This document shows, piece by piece, positions 16,865 through 29,052 of a DNA stretch of 64,000 bases (within the stretch, counting starts at the first letter, position 1; every line of letters begins with the position of its first letter). The notes under the pieces are model-generated. The model did no database searches, was not told where the DNA came from, and was given only the letters and a program-made list of their open reading frames with translations. Location: assembly GCF_000143415.4 (NCBI RefSeq), contig NW_003314317.1, positions 536,138 through 600,137 on the forward strand, written 5' to 3'. This stretch comes from Selaginella moellendorffii (Eukaryota > Plantae > Lycopodiophyta). The position numbers and the translations under genes are program-made.

Positions 16865-18140
16865 CTTGACAAAACCTAAAGCCTACCCTAAAGCATTTGG
16901 GCGAAAGGCTATTGAAAAATACAAGCGCTCCAGAATCATGAGCACACCGTATTTTTGTTCCGTGCAATGGTGCGGGCATCGCGCTATGCGAGGGTATTCC
17001 CGGGTCCTTGAGAATTCCAGAATGAAATGGAGTCTTGGGGCTTATTTACAAAGAGAAGATGCTAGATAACGTTCGATCAAGTTCCACGACCATGCGGCAA
17101 CTCGGTGACACGGACGGATGGAGCATTCCCTGGTAAAGAAAGCCTTTTCTTCGACTCAATGGACACAATAGATTTTCAAGCCAAGACTTCTTGTGTGAAT
17201 CAAAGGTGGGGTGTAACAAGCTCTTTACAGCTGATGCCACCTCTCAAAAGTGGTTCTACATCAGATCTCAGGAACAGGAACGTCCAACTGTGTATCCTCT
17301 GGCATTCGACACTCAGGAATTGTTTTCAAGTGGTTGCACACGGTTCAACTTCATTACAAACAGCTAACAGTATAACATTCATGCTTCTTTCCGTGTCCTT
17401 ACCGTGTAAAAGTGATAGGATGCTATGGAGTGCTGGTACAGCTTTTGCCAGATAGAACTGGGAGAAATGCAAGTAGGCTGTGGAAAACATTGGCCATCTT
17501 TATGGAGATTGCTCAACAATCCGTTTTCAATCGTATTTGAAATGAAACAACGACCATGTGAGTTTGTCCTCCTTGGAACTCATCTCAAAAATGTGATGCA
17601 ATAGTACCCTTCGTTGATCCTGGAGAGAAATCTATTGGTAATCAAGTTATGATACTGTTTTGGATTGTTATATTGATTTGCAGTGGCTGCTTTAGGACGA
17701 ACATCAAGCAGCATCCGAAGGTATACTGTTTACGTAACATTTGAACCTTTGAGGTTCGTTTGTTTTGACAGGTCTTGTTTCGTTCTACTATTTTTTTCGA
17801 GCGCGATCCTTGGTTTGTCTCGTGGAGAGAAGAATCAGTAAAGGCTGTAGTTTTTGCGTTCCTCTATGACACAAGAATTGTATTTTTATGAATCATGTCA
17901 ATCTGTCTGTGACGAAGGCAAGTGTCAAATAGACCGAGAGCAAAAATTTCATTCCTGCTAAAGGAACTACGTAAACGTTGATACAATTGCTGTGGAGAGA
18001 ACTTTCATCAAGCAGGTAAACATGATGTCCAGGATTTGTATGTTTGCTATGGGTGAATCTGCAGTCTCGTCGCAGCGATCTTGATGATCTGATACTTGTC
18101 ATGCAGTTGATGCAATTTGAGAGCTTGACAACGATGTACA

Positions 18141-18410
18141 TGTAATGAAGCAAATGGAGCTCAGAAACGGGAGCCATCCGTGAAGAAGTTGGACAAGAAG
18201 AAGCCGAGATCTTCCAAGCTCAGCAGCTCGGCAGCAGCAAAGGAAGGAGAGAGTCACAAAGAAAGAGAAGGCAAGGAAGGAACAGGATAACAACGAGCAG
18301 GGAGAGGAGGAAGGAAAGCAAGGTGAGGAGGGGAGGAGGGGAGTTTCAAGCTTGAGAAAACAAGGAAGAGGAAGAAAGAGGCCACTCATGAGTTTGTTTC
18401 ATTGGATGAG
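18141..18410 (-). mobile_element. Second copy of the Copia-type LTR (solo or fragment)
   Basis: tgtaatgaagcaaatggagctcagaaacg..gacaagaagaagccgagatct is shared with 15028-15100. No PBS adjacent. Confidence 0.55.
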
Positions 18411-18751
18411 ACGTCCACGGTTCGAATCACATGGTTGTCTTCTTTCTCTTTTAAAATCTTCAAAGAGAATTTAGGGGTTTTAGCGCAGGGAGCTCGGGCA
18501 AGGGAATGCATGAGCTATGTGATCTTCATCGGCTCGATTGGTCGCGCTTTAGATCATGAGCTACATTCATGAGGTATGGATCTTTATTGGGCTCGATCGC
18601 TTGCATTTTAGACCACGAGCTACATTCACAATCGCTACGCTTGCGAATTTGCAGAGAATATTGAGGTGTCCAGTGTGCCATTCTTGCATTCCCCGGAATT
18701 CTTTCCGGGAGTGAGATCTTCGGTTCTTATTTTCCTTTCTATCATATGACA

Positions 18752-18797
18752 TAGCCACGTGGACCGTGACTATGCCACGTGGATGTCATACGTGGCA
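18752..18797. promoter_or_regulatory. G-box cluster (2 x GCCACGTGG plus ACGTGGC) upstream of ATG 18820
   Basis: Direct motif match. Confidence 0.35.
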
Positions 18798-18819
18798 GTG
18801 TTTAAATCTTTTTGGCGGG

Positions 18820-19773
18820 ATGGTGCAAGACGGCTGGGCGCTTGCTTGCTTCTGTGATGCGCCTGATGTCCCTATCGTGCTCAAGGTAATACTGTCAATG
18901 CTAGTGAAGGAAATCCCCTAACAGCAGATCTCTGGTGCTTTGTCATGCAGGGGCAGAGCCTGCCTTTCATGGGAAGTGAGGACTATCTGATTAATCCTCT
19001 CGTCAGGCCGAGGGAAGGAATCCCCGCTCAGTTCCAGGTGTTGTTGCTCCCCAGCTTCAAATTTCAATTGCAGGTTTGTTGCTTTAGCTTTATCACAGGA
19101 CGAGGTTCTAAGTCTTTTTTGGTTCTTTGTTCCAGGAATTATACAACATCAGTGCTTGTGGAGATAACGTTCCCTTGGATGGAGCTCAGTCCCTGCTGCT
19201 CCCCTGCTTCAAATGGCAATCTCAGGTTTGCTGCTTTATAGGTTCTAAGTCATTTTTATTTTTTCTTCCAGGAATTCTCCAACATCAATGCTCGTGGAGA
19301 TGACATTCCCTTGGATGGCGCTCAGTTCCTGCTGCTCCTCAGCTTCAAATGGCAGTCACAGGTTTGTTGCTTTCCATAAGCTTAGGTTCAACACAGAACG
19401 AGGTTCTAAGTTTTTTTATTCTTTGTTCCAGAAATTTTACAACATCAGTGGTCGTATACTCGGAGGTAATGTTCCCTTAGATGGAACTCGAGCTGCTACA
19501 AGCATAGTTCAAGAGTCAGATGCTTTGCTCATCATTGGCTCGACTGTAATGGTTTTACCAGCCTTTCGTCTTGTGAGGTAAGTGGTAGTGTGACTTTTCT
19601 TTGACTTGCGTTTGAATCGTTTCCCTCTGTTGCCAGTGCCACTCATAAGGGTAAAACTCGAGCCGACGAGATTGCTTGCTTTGAGATCGGGAGCTGTGTT
19701 GGTGAAGTGAGTTTGTCAATGGAACTCTCAAGTCTTGTGAGCATACATCCAATTGGCTGCTGCCCCCACAAAG
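18820..19773 (+). CDS. Exons containing a class-II sirtuin (SRT2/SIRT4) C-terminal fragment plus tandemly duplicated 90-nt exons
   Basis: GGNVPLDG..ESDALLIIGSTVMVLPAFRLV and GKTRADE..VGEV resemble the SRT2 C-terminus. No GAGxS, NVD or catalytic HG motifs seen. Confidence 0.6.
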
Positions 19774-19841
19774 GCGAGTGCATAGATTCTGAAACTCGCT
19801 ATAATGTAGGTCTTATAACGTGTGTTTTTTTTATCGTGCAG

Positions 19842-20717
19842 GATTCAAGCCCCTCCTTGAGGAGGTGGAGAGATGTGTTCTGGGGCACAAGATCATATCC
19901 ATCTCTATTCCAAGCCAGCAAAGTCAGCTCATAGAGCATGGTGAGCATTCATTTTACTCCCCTCAGAAAGCAAGATTTTCTGGTTCTATTATTTGTTTCT
20001 TGTGTAGGAACTATTGGGCTAGCACTACTTTGCAAGCAAGGATTCTTGGTTCTCTTTGATTCCTTGACAACTGCAACTGAAGGTGATGGGAGTGTTGTTG
20101 AGATGAGAAGGAACGTGCAGAAGATTGTCGAAGTAAGAAGTGAGCCAAGACTTCGAGTTGGCTTTGCTGGGGAAGTAGCTGCGTGTTGTCAACTCATCAA
20201 GCTTTTACAAGTGAAGCTGAGCAAGAAGGAGTTGACACATCATAATGCCGTCAAGTTCATGATGAAGAAAGCAAACCTATTCTCAAGCACAGATGGCAAC
20301 TTCAGTGCATCTTTCTTTGTCTACGATGAGAACACACTGGTGATGATCAAGGATGAAGGCAACGGATTTAAGACAACAGCGCTTACGAAGGAGCAATCAG
20401 TGTTGGTCATTGGTTCCGGAGCACGACAAGCACGAATGATTCTTGCACAGCCGGTTCGAGGACAGAACCATGGGGAAGCAGCAAGTGTGGGAGAAGCTCT
20501 TTCTTTGGGTCTCGACGCCTTTGCTCAAGCTTGTGTTGAGAATCCGGAATGTGGAGGGGATTTGTGTGTCATTGACGGCAGCAGAAACATCGACTTTGGT
20601 GGAATGGAGTTCAAGAAGGCACTTGCAAGTGCAAAGTCTAACTTTTCCTTCCAGTATGCAAGGCGAGGAGTGCAAAGAAACGCACTGAACATTAAGATTG
20701 CATTGTTTGACAAACAG
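19842..20717 (+). CDS. Divergent proteasome beta-type (beta5-like) Ntn-hydrolase domain with propeptide exon; further low-complexity exons to ~21276
   Basis: Splicing out 19941-20007 gives IEHG/TIGLALLCKQGFLVLFDSLTT..NVQKIVEV..GFAGEVAAC..VIGSGARQARMIL..VGEALSLGLDAFAQACVENPECGG. Confidence 0.75.
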
Positions 20718-22792
20718 GTAATCCTCTCATCTTTAGCTCTGTCTGCTCTAGTTTTTTACTCGTCTTCTAGGAGGAAGCTGCTTCGGCCAGGGATTCTTCT
20801 GCAGAAAAGGTCCAGAGCGTCAAAGAACAAGAAAAGGTTTTCAATCCTTTTGCTATGGTTTGCTTTAGCTCAAAACCAATGTACAGGAACACAACCGAGG
20901 TGGTGCCACTCATTGCTTCCAAGAGTTCAAGCAGCATCAGAGGTAAGCTTGTTCACTGTAGATTTCAGAACTTCAACATTCTTACAGGAGCATCACCAGC
21001 AGCCAAAACATCGACTCACGTGAATTGAAATCTATCAAAACTGTGGATGTGCTAGTAATGGTGTGTTATCCTTTTCCTTTACTTTGTTGTAGCTCAGGAT
21101 CAATGTATAGGTTCAAAACCGAGGAGTCTATACGCTCGCCACTCATCGCTTCCAAGTCAATTACAAAACAAGGGAGTTCAGCAAGCACCAGAGGTAAGCT
21201 CGTTCATAGATTCAAGGAATTCTTACCACAATACATTCTTACAGGATCATCTGGTTCTCAAAAAAGTGTTGCATGATTGTCTGGTTCTAGTGAGGGTAAG
21301 TCTCAATCTCTAACTCCAGCAGCTACACTAACATCCTTTGTCATACTACAAGCAGTGAAAAGGCTACGTGTTGGAACTGTATCTTCGAAGCATTAAGGTC
21401 TATTGAAAGTAAAATGGATGGAAGGTATGATGGATTGGAAATGTCAGATCGCAGTTAGAAGAAGAGGAACATAACCGTTAGTTCACTGAGAAGAAGAAGA
21501 TAAGTGTTAGTTAAGCTAGAAGAAGAGGAAGATAACCATTAGTTCCTCAGTTGCTTCTTTGTTTGTATTTTTTACTGTCGGGTAAAGCTTTTGAGATATT
21601 TGCTTGGCCAGAGGGTCAAAATTATGATCTCACAATTTTCTATGCCCAACTGCATGGGATGGATGACCCACGCACTCGGCTGCGAGATGGAAGAAGGGTC
21701 ATAGGGAAATGAATTCCTCTCTCGATTGCAGCTGTTCTTGAAACTAGATATTGTTGACAGGAAGCAATGGCAGCAGTTCTCTACGACTGGAGTGCCGCAT
21801 CACCGTCGGATTTGAAGGTAACAATCCTTTGGTCACCATCCAAAGCTTGGAGCGTTGGCAAGTATACTCGAGCGGCATGAGCATTGGGCATTCAGCAAAT
21901 TGATGCTATCCTCGGATCTTTGAGATGTATCTCAAGTGTGGGAGAAGCACTGGAAGAAATGGTACCAAGTGTGGTATGGCCAAGGTGGTGCAAAACCAAC
22001 AAGTAGCTGGGAACAAGGTAGGAATCTTTCCCTCATGAACTAGGAACTTCGATAGAGAAAATGAAAGAGAACTTGCTGCGACAGCTTTTAGCGCTAGGCC
22101 ACAGAGACAATGGTCTCTGGAGGAAGAGTTGACATGAATGTCCAGCATTCCAAATTTTATTGCAAAGTGTATTATTTTAAGAGAAACTTTTCTAACAAGC
22201 TTTCAGGATCTTGTCTCCCCCTCAGTGGAGTGTGGAGGACCCGACCTCATTTAAGTCTTTGATCATTGGAAACTTCACCTGGAAATTTGAAAAAGGAAAT
22301 AGAAAAAGGAAATAGAAAAAGGAACAAAATATGTTCTGGTTAATTTATGTAATAAAATTAATCTTGTGTTTATAAATTAGAAACTGTGAGGGCCAAGTGT
22401 ACAGCTACGATGCTGTATATTAATATTAGCGTAGTGGGATTTTGGTAGCCGTCGGATTGGTTTCAATCTGGACCACTCGCTCCTGTATATAAGTTAGGGT
22501 TTTTGGGCTAATGGATATGCACATTTCTGTATTCCCTTTTTATATTCCATGCACTCACATTGGTGGAGGTGAGGGGCACCTTTGATTGTCCCTGGGGAGT
22601 GCTTGGATTTAGGATTTTGGTTTAGATTTAGCTTTTGTATTGTCTAGATCTAGCTTTTTCCATTTCCTTTCTTTTGTTCTTTCCTTTCAGGATTTTGGTT
22701 TAGATTTAGCTTTTTGCATTGTCTAGATTTACCATTTCCTTCCAGCTTTTTGTCATTTCTCTTCTTTTGCTTTTTCTTTTTCGTTCATCTTC

Positions 22793-23725
22793 ATGGCCGA
22801 TCTGCAATCTCCTCCTTTGACTCTAGAGCAGCAGTTGGTTCAATTGCTTGATGCTATGCGCTTGCAATTGAACAACCAAACTCAATTGATGGTGGCATTC
22901 ACGGCACGTGGTCCAACTCCTCCTGCTCTTGGTGCCAATCCTCGCGTTCGGCCGGAGTTCTTTCGTGGGAATCCTGGGGATGATGTGTACCATTGGTTCG
23001 ATCACTTCATGGTGATTACTACATATCATTCTTGGGATGATGCTCGACGTTTGCGTGAGTTTCCCACGTGTCTCCAAGGGACGGCGTTGCAGTGGTACAA
23101 TGGATTGAGTGCGGCCACTCGTGGGGATTGGAGTGTTCTTCCAGATATCTTCAAACGCGCCTTCAGACATGCCGACGACGGTGACGATGCCTTCCAAAAA
23201 TTGCATCGTCTTCGCCAAGGGCCATCTGAGTCGGTGATGCAATTTGGCATTCGTTTCCGAAGTCTTTTGCTTCGTGCGGAGCCTAATATGTCGGAGCGGA
23301 TCAAGCTAGGAATGTTGTGGCCAGCACTTCGTCAAGATCTTGTTGGCCTTGTGCATGCACTTGCTCCTGCCACCCTTGACGATGCTCTTCGCTTGGCACA
23401 ACGTTATGAGACGTCGCCTCTTCCACTTCTTGCTACACGTCCTTCAGCTCCACTTTCTATGAGTGATGGTCCTGTTCCAATGGAGGTTGATGCTGCTGCT
23501 ACTCGAGTCCAAGGACAAGGGCGAGGACGTGGTCATGGCCATGATGTTCATTGCTGGGCGTGTGATGAAGTTGGTCATACTTATCGGTGTTGTCGGCGCT
23601 TTCCGGATTGGCGACCTCCATTTCCTGGGTGGAGACCTTGGCGTCAGCAACGTCCCGTTGGTGCTGCTGCGGTGGAAGGTTTGGATACCGAGGTGCATTC
23701 GGGAAACGAGGAGTCGCGCGAGTAA
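22793..23725 (+). CDS. gag: Gag of Gypsy A
   Basis: Retrotrans_gag core (LQGTALQWY, LRQGPSESVMQF), PVPMEVD, zinc knuckle CWACDEVGHTYRCC. Confidence 0.88.
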   Translation: MADLQSPPLTLEQQLVQLLDAMRLQLNNQTQLMVAFTARGPTPPALGANPRVRPEFFRGNPGDDVYHWFDHFMVITTYHSWDDARRLREFPTCLQGTALQWYNGLSAATRGDWSVLPDIFKRAFRHADDGDDAFQKLHRLRQGPSESVMQFGIRFRSLLLRAEPNMSERIKLGMLWPALRQDLVGLVHALAPATLDDALRLAQRYETSPLPLLATRPSAPLSMSDGPVPMEVDAAATRVQGQGRGRGHGHDVHCWACDEVGHTYRCCRRFPDWRPPFPGWRPWRQQRPVGAAAVEGLDTEVHSGNEESRE

Positions 23726-26700
23726 TGGAGGGACCTTGCACGAATAAGTTAGTGACCCCTCCATCTTTCTTTCGGGAGTATCATCAAGGGGTTCACTTGG
23801 CACCAGTTCATCCAATGTTTACTTTCCAAGCTCGTTTTTATAACAAGAGGTCTCCTATTCTTCTCTCCGTGTTGGTTGATACAAGTTCGAGTTTATCTTC
23901 TATTGCTCGACCTGTTGCCACACGTTGTCGTCTACACTTGCGTCGTGCGGTGGATCCAGTTTTCATTCTTTATGGCAACGGCCGTGCACATGCATGTGCA
24001 CGAGATGAGGCGGACCTGGTTGTGCGTGTGGGCGATCTCAAGCTTGAGTTGCAGTCGTTGCGGGTGGTGCCGAGTCAAGCTTTTGACCTCATTCTTGGTA
24101 TGGATTGGTTGCAGTGCAATCATGCCAAATATGACTTTGAGGCTTCTCCCCCTTGTCTCATAGTTCCTTATGTTTCATCCATTCCTCTCACTTCCGTACT
24201 TCTTCGTCCCTCTACTTCTACCTCTGCTTCCATTACTGTTGTTCCCCCACTATTTCCTCTTATGTTTCCATCTTGTTCTGCTCTTCCCTTTTCCGATCCC
24301 TCCGATGATCTTTGTGTTGCAGCTGTTGACCAGCTCATGAAGGAGTATTCTGATCTCTTTGAATTTGACCTATCGTCTGGGGCCAAGATTGCCACACGTC
24401 ATCCCATTCCAACCGGGGATGTTCGTCCAATCAAGGTTCCTGTTCGTTGTTGGTCACCCAAGGAGATCAAGATTTTACGTGCAAACATCAGGGAGATGTT
24501 GGAGAAGGGTGTTATTCGGAAGTCGCGGAGTCCTTGGGTATGTGAACCTCATCTTGTGACAAAGCTTGATGGGAGTATTCGTTTCTGCATCGACTATCGT
24601 CCGTTAAATGAAGTGACGATCCCGGACGTGTACACTCTTCCTCACACTGCTAATCTCTGGGGCAAAGTCGTTGGTTCACCAAGCTAGATCTTGCTTCTGG
24701 GTATTGGCAAGTACCGATGGCCGAAGAAGATATTCCTAAGACTGCTTTTCGTACACCATTTGGTTTGTACGAGTTCTTGGTGATGCCGTTTGGTTTGAAT
24801 AATGCTCCAGTAACTTTTCAGCGGATGATGGACGAGGTTCTTTGCGATATGCCGGAGGTGACGATTGATTTCATTGGTGATGTCTTGATCCACTCGGAGG
24901 GGACGTGGGAGGAGCACATTCGTGATGTTTGTAAAGTGTTGGATTGGCTATGCGATGTTGGTTTAAAGTTGAAGCGGTCAAAGTGTGTGTTTGGGTCCAA
25001 GGACACAACTTATCTTGGGTACCGTATTTCTCGTGAGGGTTTGCAAGTTGATCCTGACAAACTTGTGGCTGTTCTAAAGTTCCTTACTTTGAAGTGTGTG
25101 AATGATGTGCAGCGCTTTTTGGGTACTAAGGTGCAGTATCTCAGTCGTTTTGTGGATCATCTTTCCGATCGCACTACACCATTGCGAGCGTTGCTGAAGT
25201 CATCAACGTCATCTTTCATCTGGTCTCCGGATTGTGAGCAGGCGTTCGTGAATCTCAAAGAGCTATTGATGACTCCTCCAGTTTTGGCATATCCTGACTA
25301 CACTCGACCTTTTATTTTGCGCGTGGATGCTTCTGACATTGGTTTTGGAGGTGTGTTGATGCAAAAGAGCTCGAGTGTGCCTGGTCAGTGCCATCCCTTG
25401 CATACATAAGCCGTACATTACAACCAGCGGAGATGAACTACTCCACGACGGAGAAGGAGTGTTTAGCAGCAGTCTGGGGTTTCGAGAAACTTCATGCATA
25501 TCTACATGGTTCTTGGACATTACTTGAAGGTGACCATGCTGCTGTTACTTCATTATTGAAGCGGAAGAACCTGGTTGGTCGTACGGCTCGATGGGCTTTG
25601 AAGCTTCAGATATATGATTTCGATGTTGTTCATCGTCCAGGGAGTTCTATGGTTGATGCTGATGCCCTTTCTCGAGCTCCTCTTCCTTCTCCACTCACTT
25701 CTCATGTTTCTGACGAACCTGTTGTTCTAGCATCTGTGGATTTTCTAGATGAGGATTTTGTGCCATCGGCGGTTGCTGTCCTTGACGTTCAGTGTCCACA
25801 GGGCGTAGAGCAAGATCTACCTTTTCTTGATGAGGTTTGTGCGGCTCAAAAGATTGAGCCGTGGATTCGAAGGCTTCGAGATGGGTTTGAGAATCCTGCA
25901 TCACTTGCTGATGACTTGCCTTTCCGGCATTTACATTCTCAATATCGCCTTGAAGATGGCCTTCTTTATTTTGTGGGGACGGATCCTGATGATCATTTAC
26001 GGCTGGTGGTGCCTTCAGTGTTTATTCCGCGGTTTCTCCATGCCTACCATGATTCTCCTGTTCTAGGTGGGCATATGGGACACTGTCGTGTCACCGAGAA
26101 GCTGCGCAGGTCTTTCTATTGGCCAGAGATGCGATGTGATATTATCCGGTATGTGCGTACTTGCGTTTGGTGCCAAGCTCGTAATACTCCTCCTTGTGTG
26201 CTGCGGAAGGACGGTTGGAGTCAATTGCAGTTTCCTGTCCGTTTGAGTTGGTGGCATTTGATCTTATGGGACCTTTTCCACGATCGACTGCTGGCAATGA
26301 GTATGTTATTATTGTTTCTGACTACTTGACTCGTTGGGTGGAAGTTGGTGCTCTTGCTAGTGCCTCTGCAACTGCTGTTGGATACTTCCTCCTCAATCGA
26401 GTGGTGTTCCAGCATTCTTGTCCAGAGCGGATTCTTTCGGATAATGGTCCTGCATTTATGGCTGAGGTATTTCATGTTTTGATATCTCGGTTGGGGATAC
26501 GCCACACTTTTACGAGTGCTTATCTGATTCATCCACAATCAGACGGTCTGGTGGAACGGCTCGTTTAGACATTCAAAGGGATGATTGCAAAGTATGTGAA
26601 CTTTCAGCATTCGGATTGGGATGGTTATTTGCCGTCTCTTCGGTATACTTATGTCACAGGGGTGCAGAGTTCTGTTGGTGCTTCACCATATAAACTTCTA

Positions 26701-27184
26701 TATGGTCATGATCCAATATTACCAACAGAGCTGGGTTTACCTTCGCGATTGCCACGAGCTTCTGATGCTAGGTCATGGGATCAATATTTGACAAGCATTC
26801 TTCCACTTGTCCGAGTAGAGTCTGCGGAACACTTAGGCCGTGTACAAGTAGGACAACAACAGCGCTACAATTCCCATCATCGTCCACCTGCGGAGTACAA
26901 AGTGGATGATTTGGTGTTAGTCCGTTTTCCCCATCTTACGGTACGTGGTTTATCTAAGGGGCTCCTTGCACAGTGGAAAGGACCGTATCGGGTGTCAAGT
27001 TGGACCACAAGTGTATGAGGTTCGGCATGACGTTCAGCAAGCCGATCCTCCGGAGATTGTGCATGTGCAGCGGTTAAAACGCTTCATACAAAGGGATCAG
27101 GAGCAGTTAATACCGTCTACAGATCCGCCGATGCTTCCTCCTGATGTTCCTCCAGATCCCGGCCCATCTACAAGAGAACCCTGA
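23701..27184 (+). pseudogene. pol: Pol of Gypsy A (PR-RT-RH-INT) with frameshifts, a stop and decayed catalytic motifs
   Basis: VLVDTSS (protease), RFCIDYRPLN, MPFGLNNAP, FIGDVLI (decayed YxDD), VDASDIG, integrase HHCC and SDNGPAF. Confidence 0.9.
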
Positions 27185-28232
27185 TGGCCTTCCATTATTC
27201 CGAGAGGAGAGGTGATGTGAGGGCCAAGTGTACGGCTACGATGCCGTATACTAATATGTAAGCGACTAAATTTTCCATTTTACTTTAGTCACTTAACCGC
27301 ACCTCCGACCACTTGGAGGAGTCTCACTCACAACCTCCATAAGTCCTATTTTAGACTTGGGCTTACTAGCCCCGAGAGTGGCATCCTTGCCACTCAACTT
27401 CGTGCACTTGGTCCAAGTGCTCCACGTGTCCGATCCCATGACCGACACCCCAAGGTACCACCAACATATCAGCCTGTTACGCTAAGGCCATGCCCATTCA
27501 CCTTGGTCACAACGATGGTCTGACACCACCTACATCCCAGTCCCGTCACTCAAAGACTGGGCCATCCATCCATGAGTGATCATCCCAGATCCACTCCTTA
27601 GCATCCTTAGGATGCCCACCGACAAAGGGATTAGCCTTCCCCAATATCTCTGTTCCAGTCCCCACTAAGTCCCTTTTCGTCCATGGCCGTGTTCGCCAAC
27701 ACTGCCACTGGATCGAGGCCCACAGGCCCGACCACTAAGTCCCACAGTCCTCTGGGACTTCCTCACCACTCGACTGTGTCCTTGGTCACTACCCCAGAGG
27801 ACTGCTCCTCTTCCTTTCCACAGTCTGGGCCTTTGGGACAACATTTCGAAACACCGTGGCCTTACGCGAGCCACTTGGGTACTCTCCCCGCCTTCCGCCC
27901 TTGGGTGCTCTAGCCATGGGCTTAGAGCGAGGTTCCATTGAGCCACGCCTGGTATCCAAGTAGGTAGTGCCACCCACACTTGGACTGGGAGCATCGGCCA
28001 GTCGATCTCCCGGGGGAACTAGAGTCGGCTCTTGAACACTTCACCAAGCTACCCCGCTTGTCGGTCCGTGTTCACTCTAGTCTTGGACTTCCCAGTGGTC
28101 AGCTCATCACCCAACACTGGGTCTGGCCTTCCTGGGCCAAACTGGCCTTTCCTGGCCAAACTGGCTCCACTGGGCTCCAACCCCCACACTCTCCCTACTA
28201 TACTTTTGGAACCCCCCGCAGCCCCCCCCCCC

Positions 28233-28585
28233 CTCGGACTCGGTCTCGGTCCCGGATTCGGACTCGGACTCGGTCTCGGTCTCGGTCTCGGTCTTGGTCT
28301 CGGTCTCGGTCTCGGTCTCGGTCTTGGTCTCGGTCTCGGTCTCGGTCTCGGTCCTGGTCTCGATTCCATCTCGGACTCCATCTCGAACTCCATTTCGGGT
28401 CCATCTCGGACTCCATCTCGGGTCCATCTCGGACTCCATCTCGGGTCCATCTCGGACTCCATCTCGGGTCCATCTCGGGTCCATCTCGGACTCCATCTCG
28501 GACTCCATCTCGGGTCCATCTCGGGTCCATCTCGGACTCCATCTCGGACTCCAATTCGGGTCCGCTTCGGACTCCATCTCGGACA
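28233..28585. repeat. 6-bp (TCGGTC) and 12-bp (TCCATCTCGG[AC/GT]) tandem arrays inside LTR B; also at 56853-57123 and 62396-62660, related array in LTR C at 50508-50795
   Basis: Directly visible periodicity following a poly-C tract. Confidence 0.9.
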
Positions 28586-28919
28586 TTTCCACGTGTCATG
28601 TGTTGGTCCTTTTTGGGTCCCTTTTTGGAGCCTTGCTTATTGGTTGCCTCATGCTTGCTCCTCGAGCACTTTGTTGGGAGTTCCACTCCCGCTCTCGACC
28701 TTCCAAGTCGGAGCTTTTAGTCCAAACGTGTTATGCTCGTTTGGCTTTCGCTTCGGCCACTACCACGTGGCACCCTTTCCAGCTCCACTTTGGGGGCCTA
28801 GGGATTTTGTGTCTCACAACTCCACCACCCATAGACGAAGTTTGATGTCCTCATCGAACGGTAAACCATTTTATAAAGTAACACCCGCATGTGTTACCAT
28901 TTCCATCCTTGGCACCTAG

Positions 28920-29052
28920 CCAATATTTGTCAATGGTTTGACATTGAAGGCTCACCATGCCTTCTTCATATTCGTCAATGGTTTGACATTGAAGGCTCAC
29001 CATGCCTTTTGCATATTCCTCAATGGTTTGACACCAAAGGCTCACCATGCCT
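28920..29052. repeat. 3 x ~42-bp tandem repeat in the B internal region (also ~57460-57590)
   Basis: caatggtttgaca(ttga/ccaa)aggctcaccatgcc repeated. Confidence 0.8.

Larger units (their letters stand above)
22385..27256 (+). mobile_element. Ty3/Gypsy LTR retrotransposon A (no chromodomain seen), degenerate; 3' LTR interrupted at 27256
   Basis: 5' LTR 22385-22559 (TG..CA), PBS TGGTGGAGGTGAGGGG at 22561, gag and pol, PPT GAGAGGAGAGGTGA 27202-27215, 3' LTR starting at 27216. Confidence 0.93.

Noticed and set aside
19432-19706. Functional SRT2 sirtuin gene
   Set aside because: Only the C-terminal fragment is present; the NAD-binding and catalytic motifs are missing.
21600-22100. Possible second degenerate proteasome-beta-like segment (..DAILGSLRCISSVGEALEEM..)
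   Set aside because: Similarity is limited to a few residues and the frame has stops. It cannot be supported without a profile search.
27980-28919. Long RS-, GL- and RP-repeat ORFs (also 56584-57417 and 62095-63054) resembling SR proteins
   Set aside because: They are open in several frames because of stop-free 6- and 12-bp tandem arrays within LTRs.
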